DNA from: Octopus vulgaris
Taxonomy: Eukaryota
Direction: 5' to 3'
DNA length: 64,000 nt
Assembly: GCA_951406725.2 (NCBI GenBank)
Contig: OX597815.1
Coordinates: 81,406,001-81,470,000, forward strand
Numbering within the stretch: the first letter of the stretch is position 1; each line of letters starts with the position of its first letter. A program made the position numbers and the translations under genes. Below the pieces are notes generated by a model. The model searched no databases and was not told the DNA's origin. It was given only the letters and a program-made list of their open reading frames with translations. Shown here in pieces: positions 30,515 through 42,065 of this stretch.

Positions 30515-30749
30515 TATTGGATTGGTGCATAATTATTGCAGCTTTTTTTCAACAATAACAACATATAACAAAAACATTTTTAAATGACGGTCTGACCAGC
30601 TGCCAAGCAAATGGGAAGCAGTAATTGAAGTAGATGGTGAATATGCTCTGGAATAATTGTTTAAAAATGTTTTTGCTACATGTTGTTATTGTTTTTGTTG
30701 AATAAAATTTGTTGAAAAAAAGTCGCAATAATTATGCACCAACCCAATA
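30515..30749 (+). mobile_element. Mariner-derived MITE with TA TSD
   Basis: TIRs tattgg(a/g)ttggtgcataattattgc, with inverted homology extending about 70 bp. The interior encodes a transposase C-terminus-like DQLPSKWEAVIEVDGEYALE*. Confidence 0.9.
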
Positions 30750-30948
30750 ATATAGGTATGGTGTGTGTGTACAAGTGTCAGTTTCTTGATCAAAGACAAA
30801 ATAATAAATAATGAAGGATATTGAAGGGAACTAGGATATATGAAAAAAAAATAAAGAAAAAAAGAAGAAAAGCTAATACCAGAATGAAGAAGAATTGATA
30901 ACAACCTTACATTGTTAAAGAATATCAATAAAAGAAAATATATCTTAC

Positions 30949-30990
30949 CTTGATTCTGGTCCAGGATTCTCTGAATACCAATCACCAAGT
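30949..30990 (-). CDS. Candidate 42-nt symmetric exon ((D)LVIGIQRILDQNQ or LGDWYSENPGPES)
   Basis: gttgtttcag|ACTTGG...AATCAAG|gtaaga. Strong sites, length divisible by 3 and two open frames. Confidence 0.6.
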
Positions 30991-31071
30991 CTGAAACAAC
31001 ATTGAACTCAAAGTTTTTCAAAACCATAAAACAAATGAAGGAAAGAGAAAAGATTGAATCAACAGTCTTAC

Positions 31072-31123
31072 CAAAAACTGGAATCCCATCGATATTTCAA
31101 TGAAGAAGACCAACAGCACTTAC
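31072..31123 (-). other. Candidate 52-nt recursive-splicing (RS) or poison exon
   Basis: tttcttttctcttcttcttttag|GTAAGTGC...CAGTTTTTG|gtaaga, followed by an 81-nt pyrimidine-rich intron-like segment ending ttcag. Confidence 0.5.
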
Positions 31124-31287
31124 CTAAAAGAAGAAGAGAAAAGAAATAACTATATTAATATTGTTGTTAAAAAGAATGCGTAGTCAAGTGTAGATAAATT
31201 CTAAATTCTTCAAATAAGTCATTACTACTACGAAATATTTATGAGATTGGTTAACCTAGTATCACTCAATAAAATGGTTGGTGTTAA

Positions 31288-31509
31288 CCCATTAGTGCCC
31301 ATGGTCCTTTTTTTTAGGACCAGAAGGATAATCTATCATATTTCTGCAACACCTGTATTTTTCTGAGATATCTTTAGTTAGCCATCAAGACTGGGGTGTC
31401 TTTCAAATAATGTAATAAAAATTTTTTTATATATTTAGTATCAGATAAAGTTATACAAAAAAGATTTTTGGTAAAAAATAGAATTTTAAAAAATTTGAGC
31501 ATTAATGGG
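31288..31509. mobile_element. piggyBac-like MITE
   Basis: TTAA|CCCATTAGTGCCCA ... TGAGCATTAATGGG|TTAT, a 14-bp TIR with 2 mismatches and a near-TTAA TSD. Confidence 0.75.
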
Positions 31510-31676
31510 TTATTCAGAAGGGCAGCTAACCATAGAGACAAAGCCAAATCAGGTCTCCAAGCTTACTGGTCCCATGAAATGATAAAGAATAGTCAAGTTA
31601 AAGATGTAAAGGCTTCTCTGGTTGGCTGGCCTTAAGATTGTATTCAAGGCATTACACAACAGTTTTATGATAGATG

Positions 31677-32100
31677 TAAAGGGTAAAGATCCCCTTCGGT
31701 CATGAATGGTCATGGAATTGTACCTAGAAAGTTCCCCTTCAAGGTACAAGTCCAGGCAAGCTTGTTTGTGGAAGACCAGCAGTTTCCCATGCATACCAGC
31801 CTCCCATCTCCGGGCCACCGATGTTATCCAAGAGAAAGGAAAAGGATGATAGAGCTTGGCACCAGTGACATTGCAACTCATTTCTACAGCAGAGTGAGCT
31901 GGAGCGACATGAAATAGAGAGCATCTTGTTGAAGAGTACAACTAACAGCCCAGTCCAGGAATTGAACTCACAACCACATTATTGTAAACCTGATGCTCTA
32001 AATACTGGGCCATGGACCTTCACTGTAAGCCCAATGCTCTGACTGCTGAACCATGCGCCTTCATTGTAAGCCTGATGCTCAAACCACTGAGCCATGTGTG
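31677..32100 (-). mobile_element. Family D-related SINE
   Basis: Reverse complement matches 45775-45960 (cactggtgccaagct...ggataacatcggtggc...tttctaggt.caat.ccatg), followed by a tRNA-like head. Confidence 0.7.
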
Positions 32101-32407
32101 ATAGATGTAAAGGTTCTGAGTTCAATCTTAAATAAAATTCTGTATCAGTGCATATGTGTGACTGTGATTGAGTATATATATTCATGTCACTGTGTGTGAC
32201 CTTCTGTGTGTATGGCCATATGTATCAGTGTGTAGTGAATGTGTTTTTGTTGTAGTAAACATGTCCAAATGCCCTTTCATGATTGCAAGCTCAAAGCAAA
32301 CCAAATTTATGATGGTGATTCATACCCTCAAGATAAAATTGAAGGCTTTAGTGATGACATCACATCCATAAGGGTTTTCCTTTCATTCGTGTGTATGCAT
32401 GTAAATA

Positions 32408-32456
32408 GTGCACCTGAAGAAGATCGGCAGAGATGCCAATCAAAACAATGTATCCA
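32408..32456 (+). ncRNA. Highly degenerate hammerhead-like motif
   Basis: CTGAAGA-A-gatcggca gaga tgccaatc-AAAAC. GAAA is altered and stem I is poor. Confidence 0.35.
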
Positions 32457-32515
32457 TCAATAGAAACACAAAAGACGCAAGGCAATACTGTCAAATTGCC
32501 AAACTATTTCATCAG

Positions 32516-32574
32516 AGAACTTAACCAATTCTTACGTGCTTATAAGATAAGCACGTAAGAATTGGTTAAGTTCT
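32516..32574. repeat. Perfect 28-bp inverted repeat with 3-nt loop
   Basis: agaacttaaccaattcttacgtgcttat-aag-ataagcacgtaagaattggttaagttct. Confidence 0.95.
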
Positions 32575-32699
32575 TCAGGTTATCTTTGTGTAACACACAC
32601 ACTCACTCACTCTGTGAGTGCAAGCACTTCACTATTTTTCGAAGGAAAAAAAACAAAACAGAATCTATGTTGTTTACAATTACACAAGTACACACATTA

Positions 32700-32742
<43 letters not shown>

Positions 32743-32925
32743 CATATATATCCATATATATATAAACATATATACATATATATATATACATATATATATA
32801 AATACATATATACATAAATACATAAATACATATATATATAAATACATATATACATAAATACATATACATAAATACATATATACATATATATAAATACATA
32901 TATATATACATACACACATATATAT

Positions 32926-33024
<99 letters not shown>

Positions 33025-33098
33025 CATACACACACACTCATGCACTTAAGGTTTATCATCATATCAGTGAAACACTATACATACATATACATACATAA

Positions 33099-33167
<69 letters not shown>

Positions 33168-33281
33168 CATACACACACACATACACACACACTCATATAT
33201 ACATACTACACCACTTCTGAAACTAACTGAGTGTTCACAAGGTCAAGACAGCAAACCATTAGCTGCATGTTGTTCCATGTG

Positions 33282-33325
<44 letters not shown>

Positions 33326-33898
33326 TGTATGTGTAGATGTGTGTATAGAGGTGGTGAATGATTGACAGGGAGTGGGCAGGAAGCATTGTATATATGTATA
33401 TATATATGTGTGTGTGTGTTACAGGTAGGTAGGTATGTGGGAAGGATGCAAGAAGGGCATCTGTAACTAACATCCTCATCAGTGAACATTGATAACATGC
33501 ACGTCATCCTCTCCGTCTCTCAATGAACTAATTTCGCTGATTTTTAAACAGACAGGTTGTATTATATAACCATTGTTACTTCCCGTGTTTACATACTGGC
33601 TTACAAATTGCTATTAATATATATAAACATACTCTTCCTTTAGCACTTCTGCAACGATGGTATAGCAAAGACAAGAAAGAGAGAGCAGGAAAAGAAAAAA
33701 AATCTAAGAGAGAGAGAGAGGAGGAAAGAAAAAGAATGAGAGAGAGAGTGTGAACAAGGGAGGAAAAGAATGAGAGGGAGTGAGAAAGAAAAAAGCAGGG
33801 TAAAATGTGAAAAATTCACAACACTTGTATACATATTTAGTAGTTCATACTTGTAGGAGATGTTAACTAACAGGGAGTTCTCAGAGTAATAACTCTAC

Positions 33899-34220
33899 AT
33901 CATCATCATCATTTAACGTCCGCTTTCCATGCTGGCATGGGTTGGACGGTTCAACTGGGGTCTGGGAAGCCAGAAGGCTGCACCAGGCCCAGTCTGATCT
34001 GGCAGTGTTTCTATAGCTGGACGCCCTTCCTAACGCCAACCACTCCGTGAGCGTAGTGGGAGCTTTTTACATGCCACCGGCACAGGTGCCAGACGAGGCT
34101 GGCAAACGGCCACGGTCGAATGGTGCTTTTTACGTGCCACCGGCATGGAGGCCAGTCAGGTGGCGCTGGCTACAGCCATGTTCGGATGGTTCTCTTATGT
34201 GCCACCGGCACTGGTATCGG
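33899..34220 (-). mobile_element. Family C copy
   Basis: catcatcatttaacgtccgctttccatgc...gcccttcctaacgccaaccactccg. Confidence 0.85.
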
Positions 34221-34689
34221 CACATAGACCGTTATTTCACAGCTAATTCTGCAGCCAAGATACTACCTAATGGCCATCCCTGAAGAGATATTAGGTAATA
34301 GTTAACTCTAGGGAAACACTATCAAACAGTTAAACTATCTCCGAAGAGACATCAACAAATAGCTAACTCTGGATAGATGTAAACGGAAAGCTAACTCTGT
34401 TAGCTTAATACCGAGCTCCACAATGGACACATTTTAGATTATAGTGTCACAATAGTCTTGTAGTATGCCATGTATGGTCTGCAAGTGAGAGATCAGTTCC
34501 TGAGATATACTGAGAAATTGCAAAATATTTAGAAAACATGAGTGGCTTTGAATGCACTGCATGACTGTATGTGCATTCTTTCATTGCAAAGTGCAATACC
34601 TGTATTCATCACTGCATTAAAAAAAAAAAATTAATACCTTTATATACATACATACACACACCAATATATATTTCTTTTATTCCTTTCCT

Positions 34690-34886
34690 TTATTTTTTCA
34701 GTCATTTGACTGCAGCCATGCTGGATCACTGCCTCGACCCCCACCGAGGACTTATTTCTTAAGCGTATTTTATTGGTCTCTTTTATTGGTTGCAGTGCTG
34801 GTAGTGGTGTTCGTGGATTTGGAGGAATATGATGATGGTATTGGTGGCTATGAAGGACTGGAGGAAGGTGATGGTATATGTGTGTA

Positions 34887-34919
<33 letters not shown>

Positions 34920-35312
34920 TAACAGTGAACCCGATAATGGTATTGCTGATGATAGGTAGTAGTGGTGGTCAGAAGTAATAGTGGCAGTGATGACAGCCGT
35001 ATCTGTAATGGTGATGACAGGTATTGGTCTCTTTTGCCAAACCACTAACTTATGATGATGTAAATGCACCAACACTGGTTGTCAAATGGTAATGGGGGAA
35101 CAAACACAGACACAAATCACATACATAGACACACACACACACACATACACATGACAGGCTTCTTTCAGTTCCTGTCTACCAAATCCACTCACAAGGCTTT
35201 GGTTGGCCTGAGACCATAGAAGAAGACACTTGCCCAAGGTGCTATGCAGTGGGACTGAAGCCGGAACCACGTGGTTGGGAAGCAAGCTTCTTACCACACA
35301 GCCACACCTGCG
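34690..35312 (-). mobile_element. SINE family A interrupted by a 242-bp templated insertion
   Basis: 3' part at about 34690-34784, remainder at about 35022-35312. Confidence 0.85.
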
Positions 35313-35817
35313 CCTGTGTAAGTTAAATAAAGCACTCGTGGTGAGAGAACAGTCACCCAGGTAAGACAGGGCATCTCCAAAACTCTCAATTCTAGCCTCA
35401 CTAAAGGCTTCAGTCTTTTCATTAACTGAAAAGCTATCAACAGTTAGTTGTCTGGGGCAATTTTTCATGACAGGAGACACACTTTGCATCATAAAGACAC
35501 TCGGGTTTAGATGGGAGTGCAACAGTAATAATGGTTACTCTATGGTACATGTGGTGATGGTGATGGTGATGGTGATGCTAGATCTGATGTTGAAGTGATG
35601 TGGCAGGGAGGGGGTATGATGGCAGATAATGGCACTGATGATAGCAATGATGGTGGCAATGGTGATTAATGATGGTTGTAGCTGTAGTAGTGGTGGTGGT
35701 GGTGGTGGTGGTGGTGGTGGTTGCAGTGCTGGTAGTGGTGTTCGTGGATTTGGAGGAATATGATGATGGTATTGGTGGCTATGAAGGACTGTAGGAAGGT
35801 GATGGTATATGTGTGTA

Positions 35818-35848
<31 letters not shown>

Positions 35849-36392
35849 TAACAGTGAACCCGATAATGGTATTGCTGATGATAGGTAGTAGTGGTGGTCA
35901 GAAGTAATAGTGGCAGTGATGACAGCCGTATCTGTAATGGTGATGACAGGTATTGGTAATTAATGGTGGTAGTGGTGGAGGCGGTGGTGACAGTCACAGT
36001 GGGGGGTTAACGCCACATGAAGAGAGAGAAAGGTAGGAGTAGAAACACATTTTAACACAGACAAGTTACATAATCATGCTTAGAAAACACGCACACACAC
36101 ACATGCACACACACACACACACGTACAATATGTGTAAAGAGTGAAGTGGTGGGGGAAGAAGACAATAAAAAAAAAAGAGTCAAGATACTTCTCAAAACCA
36201 GTTAGGATTAATTATATAACCATAAATTCATGGCAGCTATATGGAGAGAGGCACCTTTCACCATTTACCCAGCAGCAAATAATGCCTTCATATCCCTAGT
36301 AAAAGAATAAACCTCACCATAACAAGTCAACAAAGAAACCTCCGTGAGGTCGCTCAAGTGGCTAGAAATAACAGTCAAATAAGATGTTAGAG

Positions 36393-36892
36393 CAGGGCAA
36401 GCCAACCTGAGTCCTGCGGGCCACACGCAGCCCGCAGACTTTTATCTTGCGACCCGCTTGATACTTTCTTGAAGTATTGTGTTTAATTTCAAAATAAAAT
36501 TGTTTGTATAAAACATTTGTTTCAAAATAAATTTAAAATTGGTTGTATACTGTCAACTTAACGTTGCTTCCTAGGGCTAAACAGTGGTGGTGTAATTCCC
36601 TTACAGGACTGTCACGTTAAGTTGACAGTATACAACCACTCTATCGCTCCACCACCGTACATATCTCTATGAGATATTTAGAAATTTAATATTTCCAAAT
36701 TTAAAATTGATAAGTGGCAATAAAGCAATAACCTACAATTTTATAATTTTAAACAAACGAAAAAGTATTAAAAGTTCTTGATTCTGTAATTTGATTATTT
36801 GACTATTAGTGCATAAAGTATACGAGCGGCCCTCAATAAAATCTTTCTGTGATTCAAGTTGCCTGCAATGTAATTTGAGTTGGCCAGGCCTG
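36393..36892. mobile_element. hAT (Charlie-like) MITE
   Basis: TIRs cagggcaagccaac / gttggccaggcctg, subterminal gcgggccaca...cccgc motifs, and flanks tgttagag / ccctagac resembling the NTCTAGAN target. Confidence 0.75.
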
Positions 36893-36904
36893 CCCTAGAC
36901 TAAT

Positions 36905-37305
36905 TCTCTTTTATCTTTTACTTGCTTCAGTCATTAGACTGTGGCCATGAGGGAGCATCACATTATTCTTAGTCAAATGAACTGACCTTATTTTTTTAAA
37001 GCTGGGTACTTATTCTGTTAGTCTCTTTTACTGAACTGCTAAGTTACAGAGATGTAAATACACCAACAGTAGTTGTTAAGTGGTGGTGGGGGACAAACAT
37101 AAACACAAACACATAATTCTCTCGTTTCAGTCATTGGACTGTGGCCATGCTGGAGCACTGCCTTTAGTCGAACAAATCAACCCCAGGATTTATTTTTTGT
37201 AAGCCTAGTACTTATTCTATCGGTCTCTTTTGCCAAACTGCTAAGTTACGGGGATATAAACACACTAACATCAGTTGTCAAGCAATGTTGTGTGTACAAA
37301 CACAG

Positions 37306-37330
<25 letters not shown>
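36905..37330 (-). mobile_element. Two tandem 3' halves of SINE family A
   Basis: ttcagtcatt(a/g)gactgtggccatg...tacttattct...gctaagttac occurs twice. Confidence 0.8.
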
Positions 37331-37337
<7 letters not shown>

Positions 37338-38059
37338 GTAACAGTTAGTACTTCATTGCAGTAGGGTCACCAATTGTAATGGCTGTTGTTAAGGTGTTGG
37401 TTGCCAGTGTGCAAGATGGAAGAACAGTGATTGAAGTTGTAAAGAGATATTTATATACCGTTACTTTAATATATATCCAAAACCACGACGGGACGGGTCG
37501 GTATGTATAACTAGTAAATGGAAAGGCATGCGAGGTAAAAAGAGTTAATTTAAGCCGGTATGTGTGTACACAATCTCATAGTAGAATATATAGAGAGATA
37601 TGGTGATGTTACAGAGAAAAGAAAGTGAGTTAGAGAAAGTAAAAGTGGTGGGACGAAGCAACTGCTTCATTGGTGAGTTACCTTAGTTGTCTCTTTTTGC
37701 TTTTTCCTTTAGAGCCAGCGTTTTTTATTCAGCTGGTCAGACAGACTCAGTTCTCACCAACTGACTTTGGCTTATGGAGTTCTTGTTTTTAGATCTATCC
37801 AAATCCAACCAAAGTTAGAAATATTGTTGAAAACAATAGATTTTGTTGGTGGTCTATTATCTCTATTCTAGCTTTTCAGTGGCCTAGAAGAGGTTAGAAG
37901 GGTCAAGTGGCAAAGACATTATTCTGCCAAGCGATGGGATCTGGTAAATATAACTGCTGTCCTCACAGAAAAACTATTGTTTTACTGTGAGAAAAGTGCT
38001 GTTGAAATTTGGCGATTGAGGATCAAATCCATGCCATACCTGCATGATCCACTACACAC

Positions 38060-39360
38060 ACACACATATATGACAAGCTTCTTTCAGTTTCCCTCTATAG
38101 CAGCTATAGTAGAAGACACTTGCCCAAGGTGCCACGCAGTAGGACTGAACCCAGAACCATGTGGTTGGGAAGCAAGCTACTTACCACACAGCCACTCCTG
38201 TGCCATTTACCGAGCAGCAAATAATTATTCTCTAGTAAAGAATAAACCTCACCATAACAAACCAACAAAGAAACCTCTGTGAGATCACTCAAGTGGCTAG
38301 AAACAACAGTCAAATCAAACCCTAGAGTAGAACAGGTTTCTTTCAGTTTCCATCAACCAAACCCACTCACAAGGTTTTATTCAGCTCCAGGCTCTAGGAG
38401 AAGATGCTTGCCCAAGGTGCCACGCAATGGTACTGAATTTAGAATCATGCATATGAGAAGATAACTTCTTAGCATTCACTTGATATAGTCCATGAGATTT
38501 TATCTATGGATAAAAGAACGACTAGAAGGGAATGCCTTTAACAATATAGTTCCCTGAAGCTATGTGGTTATTCAACCAGTTACCGAACACAGCCAAAGGA
38601 AGGCAAGATCAGATAATGCAATCATGGATTCACAAGCGTTTATCCTATACAGTAATAATCCCTTAACTATCGTGGGTGTTATGCTTCCACCCCACCCTAT
38701 CCCCCCGGCGAAAGGTGAAAATCCATGAAGTAGAAACAGTACTGTACTGTGTTGATTTTTAGATTCTTTTAATAATTTGTATATATTTATTTTATTATAC
38801 CACGGAGAAACCAACATAAGCTTAAGTAATATGGCGAGGGATTACAGTATGTATTATGTGTTTCATTCATCGAACTGCAGCAATGCTGGAGTAACTGCCT
38901 TGTAGGGTTTAATCAAATAATTCAACGTCAGCACTTGTGAAGGACAAATACACACATGCACACACATTCATGCAATGGGCTTTTTTCAGTTTCCATCGAT
39001 CTAAAGCAGAAGGCAATTGTCCAAGGTGACATCAAGTGGGAGTGAACCTGAAACCATGTGGTAAACTTTTTACCACGCAGCTTACACCTGTTAGCTTTTA
39101 TATTTTTATGTGCTTCATTCACCAGACTGCAGTTACATGGGGTACTGCCTTGAAGAGTTGAGTCAAATAAATCAACTTCAGTACTTGTGGGGAATACACA
39201 CATACACACACAATGGGCTTCTTTCAGTTTCCATCTAAGAAAGTATTATTCAGCCCAAGACTATAGCAGAAGACATTTTGCCCAAGGTGGCATGAAGTGA
39301 AACTGAACCCAAAACCTTGTGATTGGGATGCATACTTCTTACCACACAGCCATGCCTGTG
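38060..39360 (-). mobile_element. Cluster of SINE family A fragments with intervening unique sequence
   Basis: Repeated ctttcagtttcc...cccaaggtg...ttaccacacagcca segments near 38060-38205, 38335-38470, 38870-39090 and 39125-39360. Confidence 0.7.
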
Positions 39361-39907
39361 TCTACACACTATGTCTGAACAAAAGACAGGATTGTCATGC
39401 CTGGAACACCTTTGATATCAGGTCTGCTGGATCAAGCCTGACCTAGCTCTAAACAAACAGCAACAGCCTACTCGTACCCACCCATCCCAAATTCTTGCAT
39501 TTATACACTGTAACAACAAAAAAAGGAGAAGAGAATGGCATGGCAGGGAAAAAAAAAAAAAGAAGTTAGGTTAATTTGTCACCCTAAACTGACGACATAG
39601 CAGGCCCTGATAAATATATCCAGTCAACTCTCAACCCCAACCCACAAAGGCTGGGATGGCTGTTCTTTAGTTTTCTCAGTTCTTCCATCATCTTGAAATA
39701 CTTTGGCATTAAGGAAGCAAACACACAACACACAACCAGCTGCAAAACAGCTGCTTCAAGTGAAACATGGTTGAGAAGAAGAGGCGGAGGAGGAAGAAGA
39801 AGAGAGAGAGGGACAGAGACAGAGAGTTTAGTTGGTCGGTATCTTCGGAGCATTCATAACCTTTCAAACTTACTTCTGGCATTTTTACATTACACCCTTT
39901 CCATTCA

Positions 39908-39943
<36 letters not shown>

Positions 39944-40519
39944 TCTCTCTCTCCCACATCCAACATGTACATCTATCACATGGCACCCACACACACACCA
40001 TATGCACAACCATCCATCCTCCCACACAACTATCAATCACACATTCTCTCTCTCTCTCTCACGCACACAAAGTTCATTTTTTTTCATCCTATCCACCCCC
40101 ATTTATTTATGACATTTTGCTTTTTTGAAAATTTTTTTTTTTTCAATTATTATTATCATTATCATCATTATTTATTCAAATATTTATTAATTGAATAAAA
40201 CGAAATATTATAAATAGAAATAATTGACGTTTTTATGAATTGTTTTTTTTTTTTCATTTATTCTTTATGTATACAGTGGAGAACGGCTAATGTTTTTACA
40301 GCTGGATACCCTTTCAACTACAACCACTTGGAATTTTTGCTTTTTGTCCATCAGGTAAACAGGAGCAAGCAGAATCATTCTTAGACTAAGCAGACCAATG
40401 ATGAAAGATATCACAGCTGTAATCATCCTATCCCTTTAAAGGGTGTTATCAGGGTCATCTTGGGGTCATATAGACCCCAAATATCAAAACATCAAGTCCT
40501 GTAATGCTTATTTAGTGAA

Positions 40520-40845
40520 CACCAGCACTCCGTCAATTATGGTGACATGGGTTCCCAGTCAATCAAAACAACGGAACAGACTGCTCATGAAATTAACGTG
40601 CAACTGGCTGAGAACTCCACAGACATGTGTACCCTTAACATAGTTCTCAGGGAGAATCAGCGTGACATGGAATGTGACAAGGCTGGCTCTTTGAAATACA
40701 GATACTACTCATTTTTGCCAGCTGAATGGACTGAAGCAATGTGAAATAAAGTGTCTTGCTGAAGGACACGACACACCATCTGGTACTGAATTCATAACCT
40801 CAAGGTTGAGAGCTGAATACCCTAATCTCTATGTCACATGCCTTT
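40520..40845 (-). mobile_element. Family D SINE
   Basis: aaattaacgtgcaactggctgag..ctccacagacatgtgtacccttaac...tgaaataaagtgtcttgct. Confidence 0.75.
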
Positions 40846-41078
40846 ATTCATTCATTGATAGCAAGCCACAACATACATAGAGTAGAATTGGGTCCCTAGA
40901 CCCATGAAACCCTCAGGCAAATTGTCCAGTATTCTCATGCCTTCAGACAGTACCAGGTGTTGTAAGTCTGCTTTACCTAATGTGTTCTTTCCCTTTGTAA
41001 AGATGGCATCTTCAATTGTAGCCCTGGGTTGACCAAAGCTGTGTGAGTGGATTCAATAGACAGAACTTGAAAGTAGCC

Positions 41079-41111
<33 letters not shown>

Positions 41112-41744
41112 ATTGATGTCTCGTTGCCTTGAAACCATGTGATAATTATAAGCGAATGTTGCCATCATGTAAGCAGTATCCTTTGCTTCCAATATTCTGT
41201 GGAAATCTGCCTAGTCATGGGAAGAACTTGGAAACAGGTGAGGGTTGGTGATGAACAGGGTATCCAACCCATGCAAGCACGGGAAAGTGGACATTAAATG
41301 ATGATGATGATGATGATTACACACACACACACTCTCTCTCTCTCTCTCTCTCTCTCCACACCCTGTTATTGCTGTTTTTTCCACTGTACAGTTGAGTATT
41401 GTTTATCTGATTTCTTCCACTTTTTCCTCACAGTCACCATCATCACTCTCTCTCTCTCTCTCTCCTCCATTACAACCATGTTTTCCCCTCCTTTTTTACC
41501 CAAGTTCAACTTCTGTCATTGCCCTACTGCCTACCCTCTTCAACGGAGGGTCACATTGCCCCTGTATGAACAGAGACAATATAAAGCAGTGAAGATCCTT
41601 TTTTTGTTTTGCAGAGTACAAAGTAGCCTCAGTAGTACTGGTACCATGTTAAAATGCACTCAGTTCATCCTATGAAGTAGTTGGCAGATGAGTGGAAACA
41701 ATGTAGAGCTGAGAGAGGACCCCCTAATCTTGCCTTGTGGTGGT

Positions 41745-42065
41745 AACTGGCATTCCATTGGTCACATTGATGAGGGTTCCAGTTGATCTAATCAACAGAA
41801 CAACTTGCTCAGGAAATTAATGTGCAAGTGGCTGAGCACTCCACAGACATGCATATCCTTAACACAGTTTTCGGGGAGATTCAGAGTGACACAGAATGTG
41901 ACAAGGCTGGCCCTTTAAAAGACAGGTACAGCTCATTTTTGCTAGTTGAGTGGTCTGGAGCAATGGGAAATAAAATGTCTTGCTCAAGGACACAATGCAC
42001 TACTAGGAATTGAACTCGTTACCTTACAATTGTGAGCTGCATACTCTAACCACTAAGCCACATGA
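41745..42065 (-). mobile_element. Family D SINE
   Basis: Collinear with 40520-40845, ending aaccactaagccacatg. Confidence 0.75.
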
